From Tubulanus polymorphus (lineage: Eukaryota; Animalia; Nemertea), in assembly GCF_964204645.1 (NCBI RefSeq), contig NC_134027.1:868001-932000 (forward strand): 64,000 nucleotides of DNA. Reading direction: 5' to 3'. Numbering within the stretch: position 1 is the stretch's first letter; each line of letters begins with the position of its first letter. This document shows positions 1-12,000 of the stretch, one piece after another. A model generated the notes under the pieces. That model did no database searches, had not been told where the DNA came from, and saw nothing but the letters and a program-made list of their open reading frames with translations. A program made the position numbers and the translations under genes.

Positions 1-398
1 ACGTAACGGTTTGTAAATCAGTTATATTGAATTCTACGTGGCGAATCACAGGAAAATGAAGTCATCATCAGACTTCTAGTCAACGAGGAATCGAGAATCG
101 AGAATCAGTAATCTGTGTAGTTCTACCGTATTGACTATCGAGACAGATTATTGCAGAAATTGCTTTGAAATTTACTTTATCAATTCTCAAAGCCCAGTTG
201 CGCTGTAATGGCTTCGATTTAAGACTAGTCTGAAGAATCTAGTTCTGTATAAGGCCCGAAAACCTGAGGTATATTATTAAAGACCAATTTTGAATCTAAG
301 TAATGGCTGTGCTGAACTCGGCTTGTTGATACAGGGAACCATGGATGATACTGCTGAAAATATTGTATATATTTTAAAAATCATAAAAAATAAATTCG

Positions 399-470
399 TG
401 CGTTCGCCGGGAATCGAACCCGGATCCATTGCTTGGAAGGCAACGATGCTAACCTTTACACCACGAACGC
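399..470 (-). tRNA. trnG: tRNA-Gly(TCC)
   Basis: Reverse complement GCGTTCGTGGTGTAAAGGTTAGCATCGTTGCCTTCCAAGCAATGGATCCGGGTTCGATTCCCGGCGAACGCA: 72 nt, acceptor stem GCGTTCG/CGAACGC, anticodon loop CTTCCAA, T-loop GGTTCGATTCC, followed by an oligo-T Pol III terminator. Confidence 0.97.
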
Positions 471-1545
471 CGATTGTTTCTACTTCTCGCACTTAGTAAC
501 ATATATTCAAAAAGAATTGTATGTAAATCGAACGCATATGTTACTATGGCAATTCGATAAATGTGTTACATTTTGCCGTGATGACTGATCATAGAAGAAT
601 ACAATCTTTTAGATCACAAATTCTAGAAAGTCATTCGTGAAGAACTTTAAGTGTCTCATGTTAGTAGTACCACACTGTTCAGGACACACTGATCACAGAG
701 CGACTGAGTGACTGTGGGGATACAACCACTAACTAGGGACCGGGTGAAGACAATAACAGAACAGGTGGCAATGTTTCACTTTCACCCCGAGTCAGTATTT
801 CGTACTATATTACAATGCTATAACAATATTTACTCGGAAAAAACATTCCGAGTTTAAGGTTCATGTCTATCAAAGAAAGGTTCGATCTCCCCACCTTCCG
901 CGAGAGAACACTCAACCGTAACTCAGACATGACTTGCGGACTTCAGACGGAAATCAGACAAAAACTAAATCTTTTTCTGACATCGTGGCAAATTTTGCCT
1001 GTCCTAGTTTGTCTGAGTCAGCGGCGATGTGTTTACTGTAGCTGATTTCGTGTGACACGGAATCCAGAAATCACCACCTTAGGATATGTCGCACACCTTT
1101 ACGTACATCTTTTTCTGACGGGAAATTTTTCCCCGAATGTGACATAAACCAATTTGATAGAATATCATGCCGAGAGTCGATCATTTTTATTTCGGAGTCG
1201 CGCGTCGAGCCGTGCCTAAAGGTAACGCATTACTGAACATATTTAAGACACTGTATAGAAACGAGAAAAACTGAGTTTTCAAATTAGATTACCCCCTATC
1301 TTACAGCCGCCTGTCTGAGCTGATAAACGTCATTTCAGCTCACGTCGTTTTCAGCAAATAATCGTTTTTTCCTCTGATCAGCAACGCGATGGAAACTGTT
1401 CTTTTTAACGAGCATTTTATGCGCCAAAAAGGATATCATTTTAGGTATAATGTCAAAACCAATTTACGTTACAGTATATAATATCATCACAGCTAACTTA
1501 AAGAGTTTTACAAAACTGCGGAAGAATTATTTGATTTTGATTCTG

Positions 1546-1832
1546 AACCCAGTGCCACAAAATGTGTACTGTAAGCCTAGGTCTAATTTGATTCTGAATC
1601 CAGTTCCACAGTTGTGTGGGTTTAATTTGACTCTAGAACCCAGTTCCACAGTTGTATAGATTTAATTTGACTCTAGAACCCAGTTCCACGCAGTTGTGTG
1701 GGTTTAATTTGACTCTAGAACCCAGTTCCACAGTTGTGTGGGTTTAATGTGACTCTGAACCCAGTTCCACAGTTGTGTGGGTTTTATTTTACTCCAGATC
1801 CAGTTCCACAGTTGGAGTTTAATCTGACTCTG
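1546..1832. repeat. ~40-bp tandem array (about 6-7 units) built from the terminus of the CCAGTTCCACAGTT MITE family
   Basis: The unit gaacccagttccacagttgtgtgggtttaatttgactcta is visibly repeated at about 1597, 1637, 1677, 1718 and 1757. Confidence 0.85.
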
Positions 1833-4800
1833 GATCTAGAGGTTTCATTTAAAGCTCTTGAATCTGAACCCTTTATGGTTACGGGATTGGTCCGCGAGAT
1901 TCTAATCTCAACAGTCTTCGTTGTGACGTGTTTAGAATCAAACTCATCATTAAGCCGTTAAAAATTAATCTATCTTTTTGCCCGGGTGTCCAATCGCATT
2001 AGAATCTAAATCCGCGCAATCTGAGCGCACTGTACCGCGCGAGAAAAAAAATCTGAAATACATCGAAACACTACAAGTTACGGGACATTAAAAATCGGTA
2101 AACAAACTCATAGTTCAAAGAGAGATATCCAACTGGTGAATCCGACTTCACCGCCGGGAAATTAAATCCTGACTTTTTACTTATAAAGTCGCAGAACTAC
2201 GTGAGAACCATCTCGTTAATATAATTTGATTGCGAGTTCGGATCTGGTCGGAACATGAAAAATAATCAGTCAAAGTGATGTGTTTTCGTTTATCCGTGGC
2301 ACGTATCACGAGAGACTCGATGAGTGAGGCTTCATTGGGTCTCATGAAAGGGATATATTTTGGTGATGGCTGTTTTAGTTGATGGACGACGGGGGAGCTA
2401 ATGGCATCGCGGAATGGATTTGTGATGTACGCGACAATCTGTCGTGTTTTCTTAAGTAGATCGTGTCGCGCACGTGTAACTCAGGGTGGGCGTCTAGTGG
2501 AAAGCGAGGATCCACTAGGGGCGCTATAGTCTAGTCTGCCTCGAAGTGCGGTTTCTGGTGGCCTAGCAGCAGAGATCGCGTAGTCATCATAGGATCAGTT
2601 CCACCAAACGGTTTAACTCTTAAATCGATTCATTATCCATATCTTCAATCGATTTAGGCCTTCATCCTTTTTGTGAAATTGAGCCCTATTGCTGATTGTG
2701 TTGTCGCTGTGGCAATCGTTGATCCGCTAGGGGGCGTTAGAGACTGTTGGCTATGGCAATCCTATTCACTTGGGGGCGCCAGTATGAAGCCAGTCCCTGC
2801 ACGATACTGTTCCCCCAAATCTAATATATATTTTGCGTTTGACGTCATTATCCTAAACAGATGGCATTTGATAATATCAAAGCGTGTTCAGACCAGAGAC
2901 AAATTGCTCCCAGGAGTGCGCAGCTTAGTGTTCTCCATGCTACTGAATTTTGAAATTCTCCCAGGATTCCTGGATCCAGACAATACGTGTCCAACATATC
3001 ATAGGTGTCCAGCCAATAGTTTTTAATGCACTGATGGATCGTTTTTAACATTGAGTTATTGTCCCCTAAAGTGAGGGTAATTTCGACAACGAGTCCCAGC
3101 GTTAACGAGCGGAATCTAAAAAGAATTCACGAAAAAACGTGAGCGCTCGTTATTGGACGCTTTACATACAGACTATTTTTAGCTGCGGCTACAAATGATG
3201 CTCTAAGACGAATAGATAGGCATTTAAACCGCAAAATAGTCATACCGCGCCAGCTATGCCGTGTGTCCGATGCAGCCATCCGGGAATTAGGGAATACCGG
3301 TTGTGATGCAGTAAAGGCAGATGGTGGTGGATTTAACTAGTTTTAGGAGCAGTCCCGCGAACTGCCTCGCTTTATGATGCTATTATATGTAAACATACAC
3401 GCACACACTATTCCCTTATCAATAGGAAGGGAAATATCTTATGTCTGAAGAAATGTCGTAAATGCGGATTTATGTCGATGCGGCGGCTTTAAGATTCATC
3501 CCTGTACAATCAACCCAAGCGGTTCTGTTTTTACATATGAAACGCTCAAACCTGAATAGAATCCGGATTCGATGAAGATCAGTATTTAAACAGTTGAACG
3601 CGTTTTAATTTGAAATAAATCAACCTTCTATTTTTCATGTCATTTGAAGTCGGGAGTTAATATTGCTTTTTGTTTCATTCGATAGATCGCTATGCATTGC
3701 TTAAATATGAAATTATAAGGCCCAGTCCGGTCACAAATCAATTAAAATCTGATTCGAAAAATCAGCGGCCACACGTACGAGTCACCGAAGCCTGACTGGT
3801 CACCCCACTTGACCACTATTGACCACATCTGACAAGTGAACATTTTTCGTCTGTACCTGTGGCGTAGGTTGTTGAAACGCTGGATTTACTGTCAGAGTTC
3901 CGGTGTTCGATTCCCGATTAGGAGTGTAACTGGGCTTGTCGATAAGTCGATTCTCTGTTCATTCAACATTACCATAAACATTCCTTTTTGGTTGACGGAA
4001 AAATACGTATTCATATTTTTTGGAGAAAACTTTACTTTAAAACAAACGTCCTAGCGTCCTAACAAACATCCTAGCTTCGGGCTCTACAGGAGAAAGGGTG
4101 AAATGTTTTTGACAACAGTCTTAGGTATCACAGAACTACAAGAAAGCCATTCGTCAGATGAATTCAATTTTCCCTTATTTGATTTTTCCTATCTTTCCTC
4201 CAAAAAGTCCTAAGTATGGCCCCCAAGTCAGATTTAGCGTCGAAGCTAGAAAATGGCAACTTAATGAATGCACTTTGCTGTGCGGATTATTAGCTTTGAC
4301 AGTGTATTACAGATGGGTAAATAGAATAGATGAAACAGGATGTTCTGTTCTGTGCGGACGCGCGGCGATATCACATATAAATCAATTATAAGTTTACACT
4401 CGGCGAGAACTAAACGCAAAAAAATGTGCCAGTTAATGCGTGACAAGACTACATTGACGAATTGTGATAGACCTGCTACGCGTGTACTACTGTAACCGCT
4501 CTGAATTTACGAGAGAATCAATACAGAGGTTGATAAAGGTAAATCCTATCGGCGGAATTCCTTGATTCCTTGAGGATTTACAGAGGTCACTCCTTACACC
4601 TTCAAGGCGTTGTGATGGCTCTTGACTGGAGAGTCATGATTGCGCAAATGAGTTCTGAAATGTCCAGGAATCAATGTCTACATTGTGGACTTGTAGATGG
4701 TGATGGTGATGCTAACAAAGTACAATAGAAGAACTAAATGAAGGCGATAAATTATCTCCAAAGTAGTTCTTGCGGGTGTCAAACGCAAAGCCTAGCACTG

Positions 4801-4909
4801 TCACTTAATGCAGGACCCGGTTCTCTTGATTAGATCTGAGTTAGTTTCTAACCAAGAGTCAGAAACTAACTCTAGCTGCGTTGGTACACTAGGACTGAGT
4901 AAGCTGACT

Positions 4910-5062
4910 GAGTTCCACAGTTCTGATTCAGAGTTAAAAGTTAATCTAGAACTGTGGAGCTGGGTCCAGGACCTAGTTCCACAATTCTGATTTAAGATTC
5001 GACTGAAAATGAACTAATTCTAACTTGGAGTTGACTCTAACTCACAACTGTGGAACTGGGTC
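4910..5062. mobile_element. Adjacent short palindromic MITE copies (CCAGTTCCACAGTT...AACTGTGGAACTGG family)
   Basis: Two inverted-repeat pairs, agttccacagtt...aactgtggagct and agttccacaatt...aactgtggaactgg; the same termini recur many times in the window. Confidence 0.65.
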
Positions 5063-6478
5063 CAGTTACTGGGAACTGGGTTCATTAAACAGTACGAGTT
5101 ATAATTGGAACATATTTCTACAGAGTTCCACATGAGCCTCGGTCATCTTATCTCATATATGATACTACCACTTTAGGTCCCTTTGCTTCACCATTAGGAA
5201 AAATTCTCTTGTTTTATTTTTTGTTTTGTTTTGTCATTAGCATCATGGTTCTGTTCTTGTAGCCGGCATCCTAGGGATCTATCCTAAAAAAATTTCCCCG
5301 TTCTGTCACTTGCGGCAACGAGGGTCATTTATTTACAGCATTCGATGATTAGTTTTTGACGCTTGGTCTGTGTCGGTATGCCGTGTAGCTGTGAACTGTT
5401 CCAGACATACTCTCTGTGTCCGATACATGTTGGTATTCCCAGGACATCGTCACTTTTCACACGATAATCAGAAGAAGTGCTAAAAATGTCTACCACACCT
5501 GACCGGTTGCGTGAAAGGTCTCTGAGATCCAAAGTCATATGAAGGTTAAGGAATCTTAGACCCTGAATCCCTAGGGGACTTCTTTCCTTGTCTGGACGGT
5601 GTCTCCTAATGGGTAGGAGACCACTATCCCAGTTTGGATGGTGTCCCCCTTTATACGATGACCACTTGTTAGAATTGATGGCTGTGAATCTCGAGTCACC
5701 GTTTCTCCCAGAACAAGAAAAAATATGCTTTCCCTCAAAAATGAGCAAAACAAATTACTTCTCAAAATGTACCGTTCGTCAGACGCTAGCCTAGACTAAA
5801 AAACCCATAAATACAGAAAGAACAGTATCAGTGATGATCATTATAGAAAATCAACAAACAACACAATGAGTGTTTCGTTGCTACTTGACTCTCCTGCGGA
5901 TATTCTGAACCATCCGTCGCCAACAACTTCCTCCTCACTCGACCCCTTTCACGAGCGCCGTTTGTAATACGAAACAAAACTGTTCATGTTACATACATCA
6001 TTAGAAACTTCGTGTTCTTCATCGGCATCGGCATCTATATCTGGACAGTCTCAAAGATAGACCGACCAGACGTAAATTATCATATTAACAACAAGAACTA
6101 AGTCTATCCAAAAGTACTTTCTACTTCACCGCTGTTCATTATGAACTTAGTGGTCGGATCCTGCATATCATTGTTTTTCTTTTGCTACTTTGAATAATGT
6201 CTTGCAGTCTGGCTATCCTTGCTTGCCGGGGTATATTTGCCCCTCCCCTGCGAAGCTTCAATATCAATAGATGAATTCTGTCCTGTATTCCTGGCAGATG
6301 TGTCTGAAGGGACACGCACCAATCATGAACACACACAAATCAAATAAATCAACCAATCAAATGAGGGGGACAAGATCAAACAGCTAAAACCTGACGAAGA
6401 TGGCTGTTTCATACATCCATTTTATCTTAGAAAGTCTCGCTTAAAATATTGATATTTTCTTGGTATTTTCTATTGTAG

Positions 6479-7599
6479 TTACCTTTGCCCAGGATAGCTG
6501 TGATTTTGAACAGGCTATGAGACGATATGACGAATGTTTGGAGCCGCTAACTCAAACTATCGTCAGTGAAGTATTACCGGGAGAACTGACTTTAGGAAAA
6601 TTCAAACAGTTTTGCGTAAAGTAAGTCTAGACTAGCACACTGGCGCCCCTAGCGGATCCCCGATTGCCACAGCAAGCGTTGCTAGTTCAATATTATGCCT
6701 TTTAAACTGACTTAGCAATGGTGCACCTTGTGGATAAGAAAATCGATGTTGAACTGTTGAAATATTTAATTTGTAGAAGTTACAACGAGCAGGCTATTGG
6801 CTGCGTGAATACTGAGATTGGTCGGTGTAAACAACACAGAAGGCATGGTAATGACCTCCGGCAAACAATGCGAGCTGTTAAAAAGGTTTGCTCACTCCTC
6901 CCATTTTTCTGGCAAGGTAAAAAATGAATTTTATTCTTAATCTCATCCGTTCCTCTTTCCGTGGTCCGTTCGTTATTCCGCGTCGGGTCATGTCAATTCG
7001 GGTATTTGCAGAATACGAAGCGAAGAAAACGTGTATGAAAAACAACGATGCCGCAACAACTGCTTGTTTAAACAATTACAAAACAGTCATCGAGAATGCA
7101 AACCCAAATACAAACACTGACGAATGCGGGTAAGTAAATGTGTGGTAAATCCAGTGTTGATGTCCAAATCGATGCTTGCTCACTGATCACTCTTGCCACA
7201 AGTAAAATCCTCTATTGCCACAGTAGTCGTCGACGTCCTACTACACACTAGCGCACCACAGTAGCATTCGATCTCCAGAACAATGGGAAGTTTCTCTCAT
7301 CGCCCGATAGGGACCGTGGAAATGTTTAAACATTGATTTTCTATTTCAGACCGGTTAAGAATATGTTTAACTGCGTGAAGACGGCTCTGACTCCTTGCGG
7401 AAACACGATCATAACATTCCAACAGCGCATGATCACACTGTTAGCCATCACTGACGTCATGCTGTGCCCGGTCCAGTACGTGAAAATTGATGCAAAAAAA
7501 CATAAAAATAACACCAATAGTCTTCATCCGACGTCAATATTAGGATATTTCATAAATATTTTTATCGTTTTAATAGTCATACGAAACGGTATGATCTAA
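6479..7599 (+). CDS. Cys-rich secreted/cell-surface protein, probably GPI-anchored (DUF19/T20D4.11-like helical ectodomain); first (signal-peptide) exon not located
   Basis: Exons 6479-6620, 6777-6916, 7012-7129 and 7350-7599 have GT-AG borders and consistent phases. Translation VTFAQDSCDFEQAMRRYDECLEPL...KQFCVK-SYNEQAIGCVNTEIGRC...KKVCS...KKTCMK...TACLNNYK...DECGPVKNMFNCVKTALTPCG...MLCP, with a hydrophobic C-terminus SILGYFINIFIVLIVIRNGMI*. Confidence 0.75.
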
Positions 7600-8028
7600 C
7601 AACAACGACGACGATTCCATGAGTCACGTGTGTCGCCTTTATAACTGAGTCGATTGTTGGTATTAGTTGCTATGTAACCAGTAAATTTCGCCGGGGTGGG
7701 GGTAAATCTCCGAGTGACTTCATTGTTTCGTGAACAAGTTTACGTTTTACCGGAAGTAACTTAAAAGGAATTCAAAAAGCACAAATTAACCAATGTTTTT
7801 GAGTTAAATCTATCTGATGATAGAGGGCGCATAACGTTGGTTTTATACATGTATTTGTTAATAGGGGAGCAGGGGTCGCTGCAATGTCGTCTTAATATTT
7901 GAAAATAGGACTGTATCGATTATACAACGTCAAATGTTTATAAGGTGAAATAACTAACTGCAGCTTAGTAGGTCAGTGATAGTCCAATGAGTAGTCTAAT
8001 AACTACTCGGTCAAAATACTACTCGGTA

Positions 8029-8262
8029 CAGGAGCGGATTGTGGAGGTGGTCTCGGGTGTCCGGAACCCTACGTGGCTGTTTTCGTCAAGATAAAACCCG
8101 CAAATTTGACGCTCATGCTCTTTGAATTTTTGGAACTGTTTCTTAAGAAATATCATAATACTGAGAGCAAGACCCCAATAGCTTAGGCTGTTTTATTCGG
8201 CGGAAAAGCCTTTTATTGTCTTCTGGACCCCAGCCTTCCAATTTTTGCTAAATCCGCCCCTG
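8029..8262. mobile_element. MITE-like element with short TIRs, flanked by TA
   Basis: ta|caggagcggatt ... aatccgcccctg|ta: imperfect 12-bp inverted termini with a TA duplication. Confidence 0.55.
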
Positions 8263-9032
8263 TACTAGTAGGTCAAATGAGCTCTGACCTTCTTCGAGCA
8301 TGCATTAGACCCTGAACAGTCTCTCAATTTTAGAATATCTGAATACTGATTTTGGCTCATTCGTCTAACAAATAATGCACAGTTAAGATCCTTGAACAGT
8401 CACTATGTTGCTTAAAGCTACTTCTTGTGGCAACGTTATTAAGATTTATACGATATGTGTATATATGATATGATATATGATATGATAAATGTATGCTATG
8501 ATATGAATGATAAATGTATTTGTTATATGATATCCTGGTGTATTAGTATTGTTATATGATATAGAGGGGCTTGTTGTATAATGATTTTGTAAGCACACAC
8601 ACATATATATATATATATACATTATGTCACTGTTTGTAAATGGTATAAAGTAATAAAGCAGATATTATAACAACAAATAAAATCAGAATCGACACCTCGA
8701 CAAAATAATGACGTTGTATTTGATATTTACAGTTCCAATACTTAGTACATATTTACAATAAAACACGTTTACGCAAAAATCTCAAGGGACAATAAATAGG
8801 GGGTATGAATTCACGTTTCCGGACGAGGAAATGAAGAAATTTACGATTTCACGGCTATATTTTCAATGATTTACAATTCACGCGTAAAAATTATGCATTA
8901 GAGTAGTAACAAACCCCAAATAAAGCACTCAAATGGGTCCTTGGAATAGAAACATTTCAAATTATCAGTATTCATCAGTAAACAACGTTACAGTGAGTTA
9001 TTCTAAGTATCAATCTGAAGAGACATGTTTTT

Positions 9033-12000
9033 CTAAGGCTCGACGTCGTCGTTGCCCCCAATTTCCGGATCGTCTGGTTTTATAGTCGTTTCTTCTTTTG
9101 ATAACTGATGATTGCTGCTGTCGATGTACCATTCAGGTTTAAACACGGCGCTGAGCAGATTGAATAGAACTGCCAGCATGAATAGTAGGAACCACTGCAA
9201 TTACGAACATAAAAAATATTTTTTCAACATATGATATTAAAATCGAAGTAATCAATAATAAATAGCTGTTGTACTCAGTATTCCTGAAGATGACTATTAG
9301 GTCAAAGTCGAAACGATGTATCAAATAATTGTTAAAGGAAACTTCATCTTTATCGATAAATCAGTGTGTGAGATTCTCTATACATCGTCACAACACGGAC
9401 TCATCTATAACGCTTCTATTCTACAACTTATCTATCGACTTAAGGACAGTTTTAAGACACGCGTTTTAGAACTTATGAACATTAATACACCTTTCAAATG
9501 TTACCGTGTTTATCAAAGCGCAACTATTGATGACGCATTTGGCATAAAGCGTCGACGTAATTGATTTAAAATCACGTGACAATGTTAATATGGATAGTCG
9601 AAAGTGAGTCCCTCATTGATAAAATAACAAGTTCATTCGCTTACCTCAATAACTGTAATAAATATCCCTCTATTTGCCATACGGTACCAAGGTCTATGTC
9701 TAGCTATATCCTTTGTTACCGCATTCACGAACCACCAGATCAATAAACCTACAGCTTCCAGTGGACAAATATATCTGAAATATCGTATTTCATTTTAGGT
9801 TTTTTAAGTTGATTTATAGATTGACATCTTGCAGTTTAAGAATCATATTTTCGGGCCCCAGGACCTGGTGTCAAGGCCAAACGACACTGGTCAAACTAGT
9901 CCTTTACGCGAATCTTAGATGGAAACAGTTTGAGATCGTTACTTACTTGCAGATATATTCCCAAATAACCGGAAGGTAGCAGTCACTTCCGGTAGTGAAG
10001 TTATTGACGGCGTCAGTGCGGAATCGATTGGATCCGTACGAAATCAATAAACCTTGAAAACAGAGTCCTGATAACAACAGAGAAACGTTCCACACGTAAT
10101 CCTGTAAAAATAAATGTATACTTCGATCATGTAAGAATTATGTTCTAGACCCAGTTCCGCTGTCGTGAGCATTTTTACTCTTCCAGCGAGCCCAACGTTC
10201 TTGTGACGTATATAAATAAATTATTTCATACTAAAATAGCTAGAAATAAATTCTAAACTGTACTGGCATTCGAACCCATCGTTCCAGTTTTGAAATGTTA
10301 AACCGAGGAACCGGGTCGTAGATAATCCTACGAATTGAATTAAACGTTTAGAAATCGAAATTACTTAAAATGTTTTTTTTTTGTTTTTTTTTTGTTATGG
10401 TTTTTACCTGGTTTGACAATAGAAATAAACTGATCGATGAAGGCAGTCCGCACAGGAAGTGAAATATTACGACAACCATGACGGCGACAAGCCTCGATTT
10501 TACTGCAAAGGAGAATAGAAAATAGAAGCTTCATTTTAAGAAAGATAACCAAATTTGGGATACAAGGATTTCAAAAGATACCATGTTAAACATCGTTCTC
10601 AAGATTCGTGATAACAATAGTAGTCTGCATAGTGAGTTCAGTAGGAGACGACTATCTGACAAGTTAGGGTATAAGAAACATACCAAGCAGCACGCCCCCT
10701 CCCCCTCCCCACGGGTATTCTCTCAAATATACTGGAACAATTTTTTATATCGGGCAAGTTGTTTAGGCAATGAATCCGCAATTTAACTCGCAAAGATTGT
10801 TACACAGATTTATTTCCATTACGTAACATTTTCAAAATGTGTCGTCTTTTTCGATTTAGCAGAAAATCATTCGAAAAAAGAAATACTCACTTCCGAATTG
10901 TATGATCGTCTTAGCGACGGTTTCCATCATGGCGATCAGGGAACTAAAACCGGCACAGAATAAACATAGAAAAAACAAAGCGGCGATCACTCTACCTGTC
11001 ACCCCTATAGAACTATATAATACTGGGGTCCTAAAAGAATATCAAAAAGAAAACTTAACTCATTATTAAGTGATATAATTTGACCACTATTTTGTCAATA
11101 CAGCCACGTGCATTGTCACGTGGTGACGCCATATTGGATTTCAAAGACAATATTTGATTTGCATGATAGTACATCCCCATTTTCTTAGTAATAGTCGAAA
11201 CTGCCGTGATTAGTTTAGTTATCACGATATATTCATCGAATGTTCAAACTTATTTTCTAAATATAAGCAAAGATAACGGGTGTTTCCCGTCTTAAACAAA
11301 TGATGACATCACTGCTCATTAGCATAGATAACACGTGTTTGCCATCCAATATGGCGTCGGAAACAAATCTATATACATATTTACCAAATGAAAGTGATAC
11401 CAGTTCCACCTGGTCCACTTGTCTTTAGAATTTCCACTATTTCAGTCTGACTGTAGTTTAAAGGTGTCAGGGTGGAAAATACCAGACTGAATATAGTGAT
11501 TCCACTCGACAAACTGAAAAAAAAGTTTAAAAATGCTTGAACTGAACTCAAATCTAAGCCATGACGACTCGGCGAAACTGACTCCAGAAGGAAATAAAAT
11601 TACCTGACAATATTATTCGTTATCGGCAACAAAATGCCGTATTTGACGATCGGCTGATCACGTGACATCATCGTGGCGTACGTGAGCAGAGAGCCGGCTC
11701 CGGCGGAAGTATCGAAAGCATTATGACTGCAAGCGTCCACCCAAACCGACGCCTTACCTAATGAACCTGAGAACAAGACAAAAAACGTTCATTTCTAGGT
11801 ATGTGATAGAAAGATTTATTTATTTATTTGAATGACCTGTAGAACTTTTCATATATCATTTTATTATTCGTGGACCAGGGGTGTTCATATCCAGGTATAT
11901 AATTAACTATATATTTGGACCAGTAGAACTTATCGCTTATCGTTTATCTTCATTCAACGATCAGTTGCAAGCGTGAAATTATCTCATTTTCACGTATTTC

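Noticed and set aside
277-496. ORFs of 68-71 aa on both strands
   Set aside because: They overlap the tRNA-Gly gene and are spurious; the same applies to the ORF at 13411-13629.
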